Positions 18,847-27,919 of a stretch of 64,000 bases of DNA are shown here, in pieces (position 1 is the stretch's first letter; every line of letters starts with the position of its first letter). The DNA lies in the NCBI GenBank assembly GCA_963728915.1, contig CAVSLV010000002.1, forward strand, positions 64,001 to 128,000, written 5' to 3'. A model generated the notes under the pieces. It did no database searches. It was not told the origin of the DNA and worked only from the letters and a program-made list of their open reading frames with translations. Made by a program: the position numbers and the translations under genes. The stretch comes from an uncultured Gemmatimonadales bacterium. Lineage in GTDB: Bacteria; Gemmatimonadota; Gemmatimonadetes; Gemmatimonadales; GWC2-71-9.

Positions 18847-20703
18847 TCAGCTCACCACGGTTCCCTTCATGATCCCGTTGCGGATCAGCACAGCCTTGCG
18901 GCTGGCCCGGGGATCGAAGTCCAGGGCGCTGTTGATCACCGGCTCGAGCTGGATGGTCGCGCTGAGGGTGCGCTGTTGGCCGTCCCGGAGGATCACCACC
19001 GGAACCGTCGCGCCCGCGGCGCTCCCGTAGCGGATCCGGAACTCGTTGCCCCAGTCATTGCCCGAAATTGCCACGTCTCCCACCCGCACCAGGACATCTC
19101 CCGCTTCAAGGCCCGCCGCGGCGGCCGAAGAGCCCGGGGTAATCTCCGTCACCACGACCCTGGTGCTGTCGCTCAGGGTGCTGACTCCCAGTCGCGGGAC
19201 CATGACGGTGTCGATCTGATACTCGAGACCGGCCAGCGGCGCGTCGCTCTTCCATGGGAGCGGCGCCCGGCCGTCCACATAACGCGCCGCGAACTCGGCG
19301 AATGATTTGCCGCCGGCCGCCTGGCTTGCCGCGGCCCAGAAGTCTGCGGGGGTGAACCCGCGCCCCCGCTTGTAGGTGGTCTGGTAGAGCGATCGCATTA
19401 CGTCGTCCAGCCCGTGCCGGTTGTTGCTGGCATCCCGGATCTGCATGTCGAGGAGGAGGCCGACCAGAGAGCCCTTGTCGTAATAGATGTATTCGGTGCC
19501 GTCGAGTGGATGGACCCAGGTCGACACCGACGCGTCGTTGAGCGAAATGGCGGGCCGGTCCGCCACGTTCTGGATCTTGCCTTCGGTCACCGCGAGGAAG
19601 GTCGTCGAATCGATGACCCCGCCGCGCACCAGGACCAGGTCGGCGTAATAGTCGGTGATCCCTTCACTCACCCAGAGGAGCGGGGTGGGCTGGGGCTGGT
19701 CGTATCGATAGGGCACCATGTCGGTCGGGCGGAGCCGTTTCACGTTCCAGGCGTGGATCATCTCGTGCGCGGTGATCGACGCGAGGATGGGGGTCCCGAT
19801 GAAATTCGGATTGTAGATCCCGACGTGGGAGTTGCGGTGTTCCAGCGCCGACCCGCCTCCCATCGCCGAATCGAAGATGATCAGGGTGGAATAGTTGGCG
19901 AAGGGCACCTCACCAAAGACCTTGGACATCTCGGGGACGAATTCCCGCATCTGGGTCCACAGGATCTGGCGACCTGCCCCGGCGAGCTGGCCGGCGGGGT
20001 AGCTCGCGAGCCGCTGCCACGCGCCGTCGATCCGGGCGCTGTCCAGGTCAAATCTCCCGATGAAGAAGGGCGAGTCCACCAGGTCGTGGTAGTTCCCGGC
20101 ACGGTAGCGGGTGGCCCGGCCGGCGCCGCTGTCCGGCTCGAGACCGGTCACGACCCGCCACCCCGCCTGGGTTCGCACTTCCACCTGGGAGCGGAAATTC
20201 AGGTCGCTCCCCTCGGGATAGAGAAACACATTGGTCCCGTTGACCAGCGCAAAATCCCGGCGGGACCAGTCCATCGCGTTGTCGAGCGTGTCGGCCAGGA
20301 CCGTGAAGGACACCTGCACGGTGCCCGCGGCGCCGGGGCTGACCCGCCAGGTGTCGAAGTCGGTCTTCTCCCAGTCGATCGGGCGGCTCCCCATGGTGAC
20401 GGAGAAGTCCTCGACCCGCCGGACGAAATTGCTGATCTCGTAGGAGCCCGGGGTCCACGCCGGGAGCGACAGGGAAAGCGGGCCCGATCCGGCGACATCG
20501 AATCGCATGTCCACCTTGACGGTGCGGGTCATCGCGGTGGACGAATCGAAGGTCAGCGCGTAGCGGATATTCGCGGGCGCCTGGGTCGCGGCCGGCCTGG
20601 GAGGCGCCGTGGGAGCGGCCTGTTGCGCCTCCAACGGATGCACTGCGGGGTGCACCGCGGCGAGAAAGAAATACAGCAGACCAACCCGTAACGTCATCTT
20701 CAT
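18847..20703 (-). CDS. M61-family aminopeptidase with C-terminal PDZ
   Basis: LPAWTPGSY, ALEH, HEMIHAWNVKRLRP, LWVSEGITDYY, YYDKG. Confidence 0.92.
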   Translation of the reverse strand: MKMTLRVGLLYFFLAAVHPAVHPLEAQQAAPTAPPRPAATQAPANIRYALTFDSSTAMTRTVKVDMRFDVAGSGPLSLSLPAWTPGSYEISNFVRRVEDFSVTMGSRPIDWEKTDFDTWRVSPGAAGTVQVSFTVLADTLDNAMDWSRRDFALVNGTNVFLYPEGSDLNFRSQVEVRTQAGWRVVTGLEPDSGAGRATRYRAGNYHDLVDSPFFIGRFDLDSARIDGAWQRLASYPAGQLAGAGRQILWTQMREFVPEMSKVFGEVPFANYSTLIIFDSAMGGGSALEHRNSHVGIYNPNFIGTPILASITAHEMIHAWNVKRLRPTDMVPYRYDQPQPTPLLWVSEGITDYYADLVLVRGGVIDSTTFLAVTEGKIQNVADRPAISLNDASVSTWVHPLDGTEYIYYDKGSLVGLLLDMQIRDASNNRHGLDDVMRSLYQTTYKRGRGFTPADFWAAASQAAGGKSFAEFAARYVDGRAPLPWKSDAPLAGLEYQIDTVMVPRLGVSTLSDSTRVVVTEITPGSSAAAAGLEAGDVLVRVGDVAISGNDWGNEFRIRYGSAAGATVPVVILRDGQQRTLSATIQLEPVINSALDFDPRASRKAVLIRNGIMKGTVVS

Positions 20704-21482
20704 CAGGACACCGCTCGCTTCTGGAACGTTCGCAACCCCAGCATCAGAAAGATTCCGCTGATCGCGACCAGCGCGATCGCCGCGATCCACAGGGGCATAT
20801 GCGGCAGGCCGGGCGTCAACACCCCTCGCATGCCCTCGGAGACGTACACCAGCGGATTCACCAGCACCGCGATTTGCAGGGGTCGTGCCACGCGGAGCGC
20901 CTGCCACGGGTAGTACGCGCACCCGAAGAAAATCATGGGTGCCACGATCAATCCGAACATCAATCCGATCTGCTCTCCCTTGATACCCGAGCCGAGCAAC
21001 AGGCCGAACGAGGAGAACGCGAAGGCGCCGAGCAGCGTCATCACGAAGACCACCGCAAGGTGGGTCGCGTTGAGCGCTTCGATCGGGCCCATGATCAGCC
21101 GCGCCACCGGGAGCACGAACAGCGCGGCGATGAGGCCCTGCACGGTGCCGACGGTCACCTTCTCCAGCGCCACCACCCAGATCGGCACCGGGGCCAGCAG
21201 GCGATCTTCGATTTCGCGGGTCCAGCCGAAGTCCGCCACCATCGGCAACGCCACCGCCTGCACACTCGCGAAAGCCAGGCTGATGCCGAGGATGCCGGGA
21301 AGCAGGGCGCCGCTGTAACCGCGCTGCACGAACCCCATCCGCGGCAGCAGGTACCCGAACACGATCACGAACATGATCGGGTTCAGGGTGGACCGGAGCA
21401 GGAACGAGGGCAGCTCCCGCGAGATGACGTGGGCATCCCGCCGGACCAGCGCGCCGAAGACTTTCCAGGGCGATGGACTCAC
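20703..21482 (-). CDS. ABC-2 type transporter permease
   Basis: Six hydrophobic segments; EIEDRLLAP; NPLVYVSEGMR. Confidence 0.9.
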   Translation of the reverse strand: MSPSPWKVFGALVRRDAHVISRELPSFLLRSTLNPIMFVIVFGYLLPRMGFVQRGYSGALLPGILGISLAFASVQAVALPMVADFGWTREIEDRLLAPVPIWVVALEKVTVGTVQGLIAALFVLPVARLIMGPIEALNATHLAVVFVMTLLGAFAFSSFGLLLGSGIKGEQIGLMFGLIVAPMIFFGCAYYPWQALRVARPLQIAVLVNPLVYVSEGMRGVLTPGLPHMPLWIAAIALVAISGIFLMLGLRTFQKRAVS

Positions 21483-22496
21483 TCGAGCTTCCTTCCGGTG
21501 AGCGAGATGAAGAGGGTTTCCAGGCTCGGCGGGTTAAGCCGGATATCGAGCGGAACCAGCCCGGCGATCTCGGCGGCGCGAAGCAGCGCCGGAATCGCCT
21601 CGGCCACCCGCTCGGCCTGCCCGTGCAGGGTAGCCTCGCTCACCGTGACGTGGGACAGTCCGGGCAGGCTGGTTACGGTCCCCAGGAGGGGAGCGGCGGG
21701 GCCGTTGAAGGTGACTTCGATCAGGGTGCCGCCCGGGGCCAGCCGGCGGAGCCCGGCCGGCGTGTCGAGGGCGAGCAGCTTCCCACGGTCCACGATCGCG
21801 AGGCGCTCGCAGAGCCGGTCGGCTTCCTCCATGTAATGGGTCGTCATGACGATGGTGCGGCCCTGACCGTGGAGGGAGCGCAGAACTTCCCAGAGGCTCA
21901 GCCGTGCCTGGGGATCAAGCCCCACGGTCGGCTCATCGAGGAACAGGATCTCCGGCTCATGAATCAGCGCCCGCGCGATCATGAGGCGCTGTTGCTGGCC
22001 GCCGGAAAGCTGGTCCACCTTGCTCTCGGCGCGATCGCCGATGCCCATCTGCTCGAGGAGCTGGACGGCCCGGGGCAGGGACGCGGCCCGGGCGATGCCG
22101 AAGTAGGCAGCGTGAAACAGCAGGTTCTGAATGACGGTGAGCTGGCGGTCCGGGTTAGGCCGCTGCGGCACCACGCCGATCCGCTGCTTGACCCCGACCG
22201 GATTCGCCACCACGTCCACTCCGGCCACCGCGGCGGTTCCGCCGCTGGGTTTGACCCGGGTGGTCAGGATGCCGATCGTGGTGGTCTTGCCGGCGCCGTT
22301 GGGTCCCAGGAGGCCGAAGAACTCGCCGGAGCGGACTTCGAGATCGAGACCGTCCAGGGCAAGGATTTCGCGGCTGCCACTCTGACCGGTGGGCGCGCCG
22401 GGCGGTCCCAGCGGAACGCCGCCCATCGTCCGAGGCTCGAGCAGTCGGAGCAGGGTAGACCTTGCGAAGCGCGCGGGTTTCGATTGCGGGGGGCAC
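21479..22496 (-). CDS. ABC transporter ATP-binding protein (DrrA-like); frameshift near the N-terminus
   Basis: GPNGAGKTT, LSGGQQQR, LDEPTVGLD. The expected N-terminus (VPPAIETRALRKVY) is in a different frame starting at 22496. Confidence 0.88.
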
Positions 22497-22525
22497 GGGT
22501 GAAAGGTACAACCGCCCCCCACTGG

Positions 22526-23836
22526 TTACTGACAGAAGCAGTTCCCGCCGATGCATTGGCAATTGCCGCCGCCGGAACCGGAGAACCGCGGGTTGACCAC
22601 GTTGTTGAACGTGGACCCGAAGGTGTAGCTCAGCCCGATCGAGCCGTGATAGAAGTAGGAGGTCCTGAGCTGCTTGAGCTGGAGCAGGATTTCCTCGTCG
22701 CTCGCCTCGCTCTTGGGAAGGGAGAGCTGGTCCCTGACCCGGGAGTAGCTCCCGAAGACATTGAGGTTGAGACCCCGCACCAGCCGGATTTCGAGGCCTC
22801 CGAAGATCGAGGCCCGATTCCTAGCCAGGTCATCCAGATAGCTGGACAGCTGGATCTGCCCGTTCAGGCTTCCCCAGGGTTGGACCGCTTCGGCCGAAAT
22901 GGTGAACTCCTGGTACGGTCGGGTCTCGACCAGCTTGTCGTACACGGTCGTGTCGGTGTAGTTGGCATGGGAAATTCCCGCCGCATATACGAAGACGAGT
23001 TGCCGCCGTGACGATTCCTTGTAGGGAAAAAGGTCGAATTCGATACCGGGAAGAACCTGGAGCCTGAAATCGTAGTTGTCGTAGGTCGATCGTACCGCGT
23101 TCTGCTCCATGCCGAAGGACCAGTGACCGCCCAGGCTCCGGACCAGGAGGGCGGAGCCGTTGTACCGGCTGTTGGTGGATTTGTACTCGGTGCTGTCGGT
23201 CAGGACGTAGCGGCTGTGGGAGACCCGCGCCCCGGCGTTGATCCGGAGCTTCCAGGTGTCGCTGACCCGGGAGGCGCGCAACGAGCCGGACAGCGAGTTC
23301 TCGCTGCTCTGAGTCTCTCCCGAAAGTGACCCGTTCGCGCTGATCCGGAATACCCACAGGTTCCAGGGATCGTGCGCCTGCTGTTGCGCCCCGGCCGCGG
23401 CGCCGGTGGGCACATCGTAGGTGACCCGAACCCGTCCGGCAATTCCACTCCTCGCCACGTAACGCGCCAGGCCCAGCGCGATCCGGCCGGCCTGGCTCTG
23501 GCGTACTTCATCGTCGGTATCGGATTGGCCGGTCGCGAACCGGATGTTGTCATTCATGTCCTGGAACTGGCGGAGTCCCAGGAACTGGAGCTGGTATTCC
23601 CGGCCCCCGCCGCCAGTGCCCTGCGAGGTGATCAGCAGGTGGAGGTCGGCGTCCTGCCGGTCGCGCACCCAGCTCACATAGGTGATCTGCCGCCGGAGGT
23701 AATCGAAATCGCAATGGGTCTGGCAATCCAGGAAAACCCGGATGGCCTCTGGCTCCCCCTGAGCGGCGAGCGAGCACGGCGCGGCCACGACGGCGGTGGC
23801 GGCGATCAGGACGCTGAGGCCAGTGCGCAGATCCAT
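22526..23836 (-). CDS. Secreted hypothetical protein, probable outer-membrane beta-barrel
   Basis: Signal peptide; VFLDC..CDFDYLR domain; amphipathic beta strands; ends NVVNPRF plus a Cys-rich tail. Confidence 0.7.
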   Translation of the reverse strand: MDLRTGLSVLIAATAVVAAPCSLAAQGEPEAIRVFLDCQTHCDFDYLRRQITYVSWVRDRQDADLHLLITSQGTGGGGREYQLQFLGLRQFQDMNDNIRFATGQSDTDDEVRQSQAGRIALGLARYVARSGIAGRVRVTYDVPTGAAAGAQQQAHDPWNLWVFRISANGSLSGETQSSENSLSGSLRASRVSDTWKLRINAGARVSHSRYVLTDSTEYKSTNSRYNGSALLVRSLGGHWSFGMEQNAVRSTYDNYDFRLQVLPGIEFDLFPYKESSRRQLVFVYAAGISHANYTDTTVYDKLVETRPYQEFTISAEAVQPWGSLNGQIQLSSYLDDLARNRASIFGGLEIRLVRGLNLNVFGSYSRVRDQLSLPKSEASDEEILLQLKQLRTSYFYHGSIGLSYTFGSTFNNVVNPRFSGSGGGNCQCIGGNCFCQ

Positions 23837-23922
23837 GAGCTTCGCAAAGTATCGGAGCAGGAACCAGATCGGGAGCCACCTTATCTTTGGAGAGGATTCC
23901 TCCAACGATCTGGAAACCGCCC

Positions 23923-25311
23923 ATGTCCCGTCGCATCCCCATCATCACACTCGCCCTGCTCGCCACCATGGGGTCAGTGGCCACCGCCCAACGGCGGGAA
24001 ACTCCCAATCCCATCCAGCGCCAGTATCAAGCCATCGCGGACAAGATCATCGCCGCGGCCACCGCCGACAGCGCGGCCTGGAACAAGCTTGCCGAGCTGA
24101 CCGATACGTTCGGCAACCGGCTGAGCGGGAGCGAGGCGCTGGAGCGGGCGATCGACTGGATTCTCGCCCGCATGAAGCAGGAGGGACTCGACAACGTCCG
24201 GGGCGAACCGGTCATGGTCCCCCATTGGGTCCGCGGTGAGGAGCACGCCGAGCTCAGACTGCCTCGCTATCAGAACCTCCCGATGCTCGGGCTGGGAGGG
24301 AGTATCAGTACCCCTCCGGGCGGGATCGAGGCCGAGGTGGTCGTGGTGACCAGCTTCGATGACCTGAAGCGACGGGGCGCTGCGGTAAAAGACAAGATCG
24401 TGTTGTACGATGTTCCCTTCACCAACTACGGGCAGACGGTGCAGTATCGCGGCAATGGCGCCAACGAAGCTTCCCGGCTCGGCGCGGTGGCTTCCCTGAT
24501 CCGCTCGGTGGGACCGTTCAGCCTCCGCACTCCCCACACCGGCGCGATGTCAGCCTACGACACGACTGTCAAGGCCATTCCTGCCGCGGCCCTCACCATG
24601 GAAGACGCCGCGATGCTGCACCGGATGCAGGACCGGGGACAGCGGATCGTGGTGCGGCTCGAGATGTCGGCCCACATGATGCCCGATGCGCCTTCCCGCA
24701 ACGTGATGGCGGAGATCGTGGGACGGGAAAAGCCCGACGAGGTCGTGGTGTTCGGCGGACACATCGATTCGTGGGATGTCGGCTTCGGCGCGGTGGATGA
24801 CGCCGGCGGCATGATGACCGCATGGGAAGCGGTGCGCCTGCTGCACAAGCTCGGCCTCACCCCTCGGCGCACCATTCGCGCGGTGGGCTGGACCAACGAG
24901 GAGAACGGTGGCCGGGGCGGGCAGGGTTATCGCGATGCGCACAAGAACGAGATCGACAAGCACATCGCCGCGATCGAGTCGGACGGCGGCACCTTCAAGT
25001 TCCGCGGCTTCGGGTTCAGCGGCAGCGACTCGGCCTATGCGATTGTTCGCCAGATCGGCAAGCTGCTCACGCCCCTGGGCGCGGACACGATCTTCAAGGG
25101 CGGCGGCGGCGCCGACATCGGGCCGCTCATGCAGGGTGGGGTTCCGGGGATGTCGCACAACGTGGATGGCACCCGCTACTTCTGGTACCATCACACTCCG
25201 GCCGACAACGTGGACAAGATCGATCCGCGGGAGCTCGCCGAGAACGTAGCGGCCATGGCGATCATGGCGTACGTGCTCGCGGACATGCCGCAGCCGTTGC
25301 CGAGGAAGTGA
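23923..25311 (+). CDS. M28 peptidase (carboxypeptidase Q-like)
   Basis: FGNRLSGS, PHWVRGEE, GGHIDSWDVG, DDAGG, TNEE, ESDGG, YFWYHHTPAD. Confidence 0.92.
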   Translation: MSRRIPIITLALLATMGSVATAQRRETPNPIQRQYQAIADKIIAAATADSAAWNKLAELTDTFGNRLSGSEALERAIDWILARMKQEGLDNVRGEPVMVPHWVRGEEHAELRLPRYQNLPMLGLGGSISTPPGGIEAEVVVVTSFDDLKRRGAAVKDKIVLYDVPFTNYGQTVQYRGNGANEASRLGAVASLIRSVGPFSLRTPHTGAMSAYDTTVKAIPAAALTMEDAAMLHRMQDRGQRIVVRLEMSAHMMPDAPSRNVMAEIVGREKPDEVVVFGGHIDSWDVGFGAVDDAGGMMTAWEAVRLLHKLGLTPRRTIRAVGWTNEENGGRGGQGYRDAHKNEIDKHIAAIESDGGTFKFRGFGFSGSDSAYAIVRQIGKLLTPLGADTIFKGGGGADIGPLMQGGVPGMSHNVDGTRYFWYHHTPADNVDKIDPRELAENVAAMAIMAYVLADMPQPLPRK

Positions 25312-25313
25312 GA

Positions 25314-25359
25314 GAAGGTGCTGGGCGCTGGGTGCGGGAACCCAGCACCCAGCACCTTC
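25314..25359. terminator. 20-bp inverted repeat built from heptamers, between convergent genes (bidirectional terminator or REP-like)
   Basis: GAAGGTGCTGGGCGCTGGGT-GCGGGA-ACCCAGCACCCAGCACCTTC, one mismatch. Confidence 0.6.
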
Positions 25360-25362
25360 CGC

Positions 25363-26066
25363 TCACACCACCTTCAGCCGTTCGGCAAGCGCCGAGAGCC
25401 GGTCGCTCCAGAACGCCTTGATCCGAGTCGCAGCAGCCTGATCGTTCAGCTTGGCGTGTTCGAGCGCCACCTGGCTTTTCTTCGCCGATTTCGCGGTGAA
25501 CCGGGCTTCCACCGTCGTTCCATCGGGCCAGTCGAGTCGCAGCACCTTGTTGGGCTGGCCGCCTCGCCGTGCAGTGCCGGATTCGCCCAGCCACGCCCGG
25601 CGACTTGCCGGCACCTTCCAGGCCCGATAGAGCCGGGTGACCGAAACCGGGAAGGTCCTGCTCTTGTTCACCCGGAACGATCCGCCTCGCTGCTGACCCC
25701 GGACCCTGAGTCCTTTGATCCGCTCGTAGCCCACCGTGACGGTCTGGGTCCACCAGTCACCGGTCTTGTAGCTCTTCCGAACGAAGTCGGCGATCTCGCG
25801 ATGCGACCAGTCGTACGCTTTGTGATGGTCCAGCGACTTGACCCACTTCTCCCAGGTGCAGCCGGTCTTGGCCTTGATGGCGGCATCGCTCATGCCCGCG
25901 AGCTTTGGATAGTCTCTGGGCGAAGGGCGTATGGCAGCGCGACAACGGGTCGCGTCGCGGGAGGATGGGTGTCGTTGAGGAGGGTGGCGCGGGCGGCAGT
26001 GTACGATTCGCCCGTCTTCTGCATGCGCCCGCGAACCAGGCGCTTGAAATCCTTGTCGGTCGGCAT
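25363..26066 (-). CDS. Hypothetical protein: basic N-terminal helix, DUF4287-like domain and SRPBCC-like domain; frameshifted or split near 25890-25960
   Basis: MPTDKDFKRLVRGRMQKTGESYTAAR in one frame; MSDAAIKAKTGCTWEKW...WWTQTVTVGYERIKG...KSRTFPV in another. Confidence 0.7.
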
Positions 26067-26226
26067 GGTTGGTCCCTTGGTCGAGCCGCGGGCACGCCCC
26101 CCAGCGGCGGCGCCACGCAGCGTCGCCAAAGACCGTCACTTCGATCCGGGAGTCTGCCCCCCTTTGCCTCGCGTGGACCCCTGCTGGGGAGGAGTCGTAG
26201 AGGTTAGGCGCGGATCAACCGCCGGC
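26067..26226 (-). ncRNA. Candidate structured cis-regulatory leader RNA
   Basis: Nested complementary segments (CCGGCGG/CCGCTGG, GATCCG/CGGATC, CCCC-AGCA-GGGG) starting just after a consensus-spaced promoter. Confidence 0.55.
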
Positions 26227-26230
26227 GAGT

Positions 26231-26259
26231 AGTATGGACGCCGGCGGGCCAAACCGCAA
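26231..26259 (-). promoter_or_regulatory. Sigma70-like promoter TTGCGG-N17-CATACT
   Basis: -35 at 26259-26254, -10 at 26236-26231, spacer exactly 17 nt. Confidence 0.55.
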
Positions 26260-26264
26260 GATGG

Positions 26265-27800
26265 CTACGGCGTCCCCATCCTTCCGCTCCCCGGCTTCGG
26301 CATCTGCTCCGCCCGGTTGGCGATTTCGTACGCGGTCCAGGCCACGACCGTCGCGGCCTGTTTCAGGTCGTCGATCACCAGGCGCTCGTAGGTGTCCACG
26401 TTGGAATGGTGGGTGCGGGTTCCGTACTCGATCGGATCCTGAATGAAGTTGAAGCCCGGCACGCCGGCCGCCACGAAGCTCAGGTGGTCGGTGCCGCCGG
26501 TGTTGCCGTGCCGCACGACTACCACGCCAAGATCCTGGAACGGCGAGAGAATTTGCTGAAAGATCGGGATCGCGGGCGCGTTCGACTGGTCCCAGATGCC
26601 TCGCAATTTGCCGGTGCCGTTATCCACGTTGAGGTACGCCGAGATCTTCGGCAGCTCGACGGTATGCTGGCGGAGCCAGGCGCGGGAGCCCAGCAGACCC
26701 TGCTCTTCCCCGGTCCACAGCGCAATGCGCACGGTGCGGCGCATCGGGAGGCCGGTCGCCTTGAGGATGCGCATCGCCTCCATCATGATCACGGAGCCTG
26801 CGCCGTTGTCGGTCGCGCCGGTGCCCGAGTGCCAGCTGTCGTAGTGGGCCCCGATCATCACCACCTCACCCGCTTTGTCGGTGCCGGGGATTTCTCCGGT
26901 CACGTTGGTGGGCACCCGGTTGTCGTCGAGGAAACGGGTCCGCACGTCCACGTCGAGCTTGACCGGAATCCCGCGCTGGGCGAGCCGGTAGAGCGTGCCG
27001 TACTGCTCATGCGCGACGATCAGGTGGGGAATCGGGTTGTACACGCTGTCCCGCGCGGCGCGCCCATCGAAGTGCCCGCCATTCAGGAACAGTCCGTAGG
27101 TCCAGTTGGACGGCTGGAGCACCGCGACCGGCTGTTCACTGTGCAGGAGCTGGCTGGTCAGCGCGTTGAGTCGCTGGAACTGCTGGAAGTTCCCGGGTCC
27201 GGCCGGTGCACCCGGAGCGCGCGGGGGCGGCGGGTTGATCAGCTCATCGAGCGAGAGCCGGGTTTCCCTCGGCTCGAACTCGGGGCCGACCTCGCGCGGT
27301 GCACCCCGTAACACGCAGGCGCCCTTGAGCTTCCCGGTGTACCTGGCAATGTCGGTGGAGTCCTTGATGTCGAGAAGGACCGTATTGCAGGTGACCGGAC
27401 CGGGCTTGCCCTTCGCCATCGTGCTGCCGCTCCAGGCCTGCGGATACGCCGCGAGCGGCTTGGTCCACGGCTCGAGAATCTCACCGCTGTACCGGAGCAG
27501 CTCCCAGCCCCGACCGAACGCCGAATCCCAGGGCTCGAGCTTGACGTTGGAGAGGCCGAAGCCCTTGAGGGTCTCGACCGCCCAGTCGTTGGCCCGGCGG
27601 CTCGCGGGAGAGTTGGTGAGCCGGGCCCCGATCACGTCGGTGAGATAGCTCGCCAGGTCGTCGATTTTCGAGTGCTGCAATCCTTCGGTGCGGATCTTCT
27701 GCATCGCGGCCAGGTCCACGGATTCGTTGAGGACCTGCGAGGAGACCGCATTCGAGAGCATGGCAGTGAACAGGCCGGTAAGGATCAGCGAGCGTTTCAT
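26265..27800 (-). CDS. Secreted M28-family aminopeptidase
   Basis: LTDVIGARLTNSP, GAHYDSWHSGTGATDNGAG, WTGEEQGLLGS, GGTDH, THHSNVD. Confidence 0.92.
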   Translation of the reverse strand: MKRSLILTGLFTAMLSNAVSSQVLNESVDLAAMQKIRTEGLQHSKIDDLASYLTDVIGARLTNSPASRRANDWAVETLKGFGLSNVKLEPWDSAFGRGWELLRYSGEILEPWTKPLAAYPQAWSGSTMAKGKPGPVTCNTVLLDIKDSTDIARYTGKLKGACVLRGAPREVGPEFEPRETRLSLDELINPPPPRAPGAPAGPGNFQQFQRLNALTSQLLHSEQPVAVLQPSNWTYGLFLNGGHFDGRAARDSVYNPIPHLIVAHEQYGTLYRLAQRGIPVKLDVDVRTRFLDDNRVPTNVTGEIPGTDKAGEVVMIGAHYDSWHSGTGATDNGAGSVIMMEAMRILKATGLPMRRTVRIALWTGEEQGLLGSRAWLRQHTVELPKISAYLNVDNGTGKLRGIWDQSNAPAIPIFQQILSPFQDLGVVVVRHGNTGGTDHLSFVAAGVPGFNFIQDPIEYGTRTHHSNVDTYERLVIDDLKQAATVVAWTAYEIANRAEQMPKPGSGRMGTP

Positions 27801-27831
27801 GTCACGAGCCTTGGGGAGGATGTATGTGTCG

Positions 27832-27910
27832 ATCCACAGATGACACGGATGATACGGATTAGAAGACAACAAAAGTCGGTTAATCTGCTTCATCCGTGTC
27901 ATCTGTGGAT
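27832..27910. repeat. Perfect 21-bp inverted repeat made of 9-nt tandem units (REP/MITE-like)
   Basis: ATCCACAGATGACACGGATGA (27832-27852) and TCATCCGTGTCATCTGTGGAT (27890-27910) around an AT-rich spacer. Confidence 0.85.
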
Positions 27911-27919
27911 AGCTTCTTG

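Noticed and set aside
27832..27910. Possible CRISPR array
   Set aside because: A single inverted repeat with no repeat-spacer series and no cas genes in the window.
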